From contig CM022669.1 in the NCBI GenBank assembly GCA_012295275.1, forward strand, positions 1,364,001 through 1,428,000: a stretch of DNA of 64,000 nt, in the 5' to 3' direction. Shown here one piece after another: positions 57,210 to 64,000 of the stretch. The DNA comes from Chrysomallon squamiferum. Lineage: Eukaryota > Animalia > Mollusca. Under the pieces are notes generated by a model. The model saw only the letters and a program-made list of their open reading frames with translations, was not told the origin of the DNA and did not search any database. Made by a program: the position numbers and the translations under genes. Each line of letters begins with the position of its first letter. Within the stretch, counting starts at the first letter, position 1.

Positions 57210-58222
57210 TTAAAAAAAATATCTTAAATCAATTATGAATGAAATTTGCCAGCAGCTGAACTGAAAAGCCTGATCTCACACTGTAATGATGATGATTACA
57301 ACCAGACATTACACTGTAATGATGATTACAACCAGACGTTACACTGTAATGATGATTACAACCAGATGTTACACTGTAATGATGATTACAACCAGACGTT
57401 ATACTGTAATGATGATGATTACAACCAGACGTTACTCTTCAGCCAGCATGCACACCAGGGACATGTCGAGAATTTCAGAACATTTTAAGATCAAATCAGT
57501 ATTTAATATTACCCTTTTCTACATCAATCTACTTTATGTTTGCCAATTGTGATAAATATTAACTGACTCCTAATTTTTTCCAATCCCATTATAAAAAATA
57601 TGGACAAGTGAGGTCTATTATCAACTTTAAAAGTAATACAACTTTTTTCCTCAATTTAAAACCATTTTAATATTAATTCAGAGGTCTTTCAAATGGCTCT
57701 AATTGTAATACTAACACGATCAATTTATTTTAAGTTCACATACTGTGACATAGACAAACCAGGAAACCTATTATATTAACAGTATTATCAGCTCAATAAA
57801 ACGTTTAAGCTCAAATTGGCACAGCCTTTCTCGTAGTGGCTATTGAAATAAACGAAACTGCATTTGATTGTAGAGCATCAGTTCTTTTCGTTTAATTAAA
57901 AACATTAAAGCATTTAACCTATCGTAATCTTTCATTGAAGTGTCTAGTTATTACAATATTATTACTATTACGTCTATTACTAGTATTACTATTACTACTT
58001 AGAAATAGAACCAAACGTCTGACGACTATCAATCGTATGCAGTATGTTGAGTAACGCATTTTTAATTCAGTAGTGCACGGCATTATCTTCGTAACGATGG
58101 TTAGAGAGCATGTTCCGTAAAAGTACTTTAAAAATATTTTAAATAAATAATCTACGTTTTTAATCTGACTGCAGCTCGAGTAATGTTGTCAGGTACTCAC
58201 CTATTTTTCCACCAGCGGACAT
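41747..58222 (-). CDS. COG1: Conserved oligomeric Golgi complex subunit 1, complete 28-coding-exon gene (~959 aa)
   Basis: Hand-assembled exons: 58201-58222, 56427-56511, 56208-56252, 55558-55624, 55198-55307, 53949-54018, 53069-53248, 52789-52836, 52621-52707, 52293-52428, 51875-51931, 51473-51532, 51100-51181, 50675-50780, 50228-50332, 49794-49888, 49443-49601, 48932-49087, 48746-48838, 48002-48106, 47231-47323, 45294-45387, 44888-44965, 44496-44572, 43972-44163, 43431-43562, 42026-42223, 41747-41893. All introns are GT-AG except one GC-AG. Phases agree except at the exon 25/26 junction. Recognisable COG1 motifs: IEKKKEDLRVMVGERYRDLIEAADTI (Vps51-like N-terminus), AAQIKLLLDMPEKIWS, LLLEDSTPRQVFNEFLLAR, WDKVEIKEESDEG, LNRIGGHALP, DPFDLDVFSPYLNSNL, HNVLPL...RFPLLPLS. 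Confidence 0.93.
42212..43100. repeat. 41-bp minisatellite containing the COG1 exon 27 acceptor; 10 clean copies, then decaying
   Basis: ACCTGACATT at 42222, 42263, 42304 ... 42591. Confidence 0.9.
45018..45307. repeat. 27-29-bp minisatellite containing the COG1 exon 22 donor
   Basis: GGGTACTTACAGTACAAGATGTAAACACT-like units; the last unit overlaps the exon end. Confidence 0.8.
46025..46360. repeat. 24/26-bp intronic minisatellite (CTGTGTCACAGGGCTCACACCTTTAA)
   Basis: About 9 clean copies plus rearranged copies. Confidence 0.9.
48428..48764. repeat. 31-33-bp minisatellite containing the COG1 exon 19 donor
   Basis: TTTTACTTGTTTTTTGTGATGAAATTAAAATA units; the last unit is the exon end. Confidence 0.85.
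49890..50095. repeat. ~22-bp AT-rich minisatellite abutting the COG1 exon 16 acceptor
   Basis: CAGTTACATATATTTACTTATTTA-like units. Confidence 0.8.
52064..52317. repeat. 84-bp triplication containing the COG1 exon 10 donor
   Basis: TGAAACTCTACCTG at about 52114, 52198 and 52282. Confidence 0.88.
53214..53772. repeat. 82-bp tandem repeat (7 copies) containing the COG1 exon 7 acceptor
   Basis: GTCAGGTAATCC at 53214, 53297, 53379, 53461, 53543, 53625 and 53707. Confidence 0.95.
54045..54465. repeat. ~25-bp degenerate intronic minisatellite (GTTACATGTCAAGTTTTCTATACCT)
   Basis: Directly visible; begins about 25 nt from the exon 6 acceptor. Confidence 0.85.
55814..56081. mobile_element. Tc1/mariner-pogo (Tigger-like) MITE in COG1 intron 3
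   Basis: Starts TA|CAGGTTCACAATCCCTTATCTGAAAAGCTTGG and ends GAATAAGCTCAACCTG|CA. These are degenerate terminal inverted repeats (TIRs) resembling the CAGGTTGAGTATCCCTTATC TIR of Tigger/MER46-type elements (recalled), with TA on the left. Confidence 0.65.
56650..56856. repeat. ~27-bp intronic minisatellite (TTATTCCTGCTCAGTGTAACAAGTCGA)
   Basis: About 8 copies. Confidence 0.85.
57278..57435. repeat. 30/33-bp intronic minisatellite (ACACTGTAATGATGATTACAACCAGACGTT)
   Basis: About 5 copies; source of the spurious HCNDDYNQ ORFs. Confidence 0.88.
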
Positions 58223-58280
58223 GTTGGCAAGGGCAGATTACTCTGGTCTAATTTTGAATTGTGTGGTTTCACACCGTATT
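57700..58280 (-). promoter_or_regulatory. CpG-rich promoter, first exon and start of intron 1 of COG1
   Basis: CG dinucleotides reappear locally (tcgtag, aacgaa, gacgac, cacgg, ctcgag, agcgg) around the COG1 ATG at 58222, inside otherwise CpG-depleted gene bodies. Confidence 0.7.
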
Positions 58281-59498
58281 TATTTATTTATTTATTTATT
58301 TATTTAGCACTGGTGTACTTGCATCATTGACAATGACAGACACTCATTATATCTACAAACTCATTCATGAAAAATAACACAACACAAATGAACAAAAAAC
58401 ATTATATATCAAATTTGATACTGATTACAAAACACGGAAGGAATTATATTTATTATAAAATAAGAACAATTTCTTAAGAGGAAAAATATATTTTACACTA
58501 CATGCTGATAACAAACACTTTTGATGAATAATTTTTAAAGTTTTAAATTTAGCATGAGTCAATATTTACCAAAAAGTTAATAGCTGTCCAATCTTGATGT
58601 TAGATATATTTAGACTTGATAACCAGTGTTGTGAATGCTTTTACATGTTTACATGTTTATACTCTAAATAACATTTCGTATTTATTTTCAATAATAGGTT
58701 ACAGCCAAACTCCATAAAGTGAAAATTGTTAACAATAAAAAAAATAATAATAATAAAAAAATTCCCTTGATTATAAAAAAAAAGAAAAAAGAAAAAAGAA
58801 AGAAAAAGTGTAGATTAAATAATTTAAAACTACATTCAATATTTGAACTGGAAATTAAAAATAAACATAAAATAAAATAAATAAATAAACGAATTCACAA
58901 AATAAATTAACACAAAACATTGTATATATACAAATTCACAAAATACAGGATTTGTGATATTTAGTTTCCACATCTGTTTCTTTGTTTTGTTTTTTGATTT
59001 CAGACTGCAGTTTGTATTATAATTTTATTTCAACCAGAAGACAAAAATTGTTATAACTTTATGAAAATACTTTTTTATATAAATTTGCTGATTTCGATTT
59101 AGAATGTAAATACCGATGTATTTAACAAAGACTTAAATGTAACTTTGTAGAAGTCCAGTTGTCATTAAGCCACTAATGAGACACTCTCATCAATTCATTT
59201 TTTTATTTTTCATGAATGTATTTTTATTGTATTCTTATTACATTATGGATGGGATGTCCACTTGCAAAGAAAATATTTTGTTTTATTAATCTCTTGAATT
59301 AAAAAACAAAGAAAGAACTGATTCTCCTTATTTGAAGAAATGACTTCAACTTTTATTTAAAGAACTTAACCATTCTAACAGGAATGCACATAGATTCACA
59401 CATTTTAAAGTTCAAACTGCACTGAATATAAATCAAAGTTTTCAAGTTCATTTCTTGTAGCATTCCTTCTTCACTGGAATAACAATGATATTTTCACT

Positions 59499-63856
<4,358 letters not shown>

Positions 63857-64000
63857 CTGAAAATATTCACATTCCTTCTTAAATACACAAAATCAGATTT
63901 CAGGTTTTAAAAAGACCTTAGCATTATAAAAATTAAACAATAATGTGATGCAGCATTTTCTGATATGTTAAAACAATTTACGTTGAATATTCACATAACT

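Overview
AT-rich, microsatellite- and minisatellite-rich animal genomic DNA, probably an invertebrate and possibly a mollusc (inference from composition and gene structure). Almost all entries in the ORF track are repeat artefacts. The right part (~38-64 kb) is CpG-depleted and holds two intron-rich genes in tandem on the minus strand: a complete 28-exon COG1 (58222->41747, ~959 aa) and the last 8 coding exons of PIK3C3/Vps34 (63856->59499). The left ~38 kb has no recognisable coding exon. It is CpG-rich, dense in E-box/CRE/D-box motifs, and carries many tandem repeats plus a ~970-bp foldback (MULE-like) element. The most unusual signal is that at least 8 tandem duplications in the two genes straddle real splice sites. 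They copy the exon edge plus the GT or AG into arrays of decoy sites that run into the intron. In two cases each repeat unit is itself a GT...AG cassette, as expected for intron or microexon gain by tandem duplication. All coordinates and translations were derived by hand.
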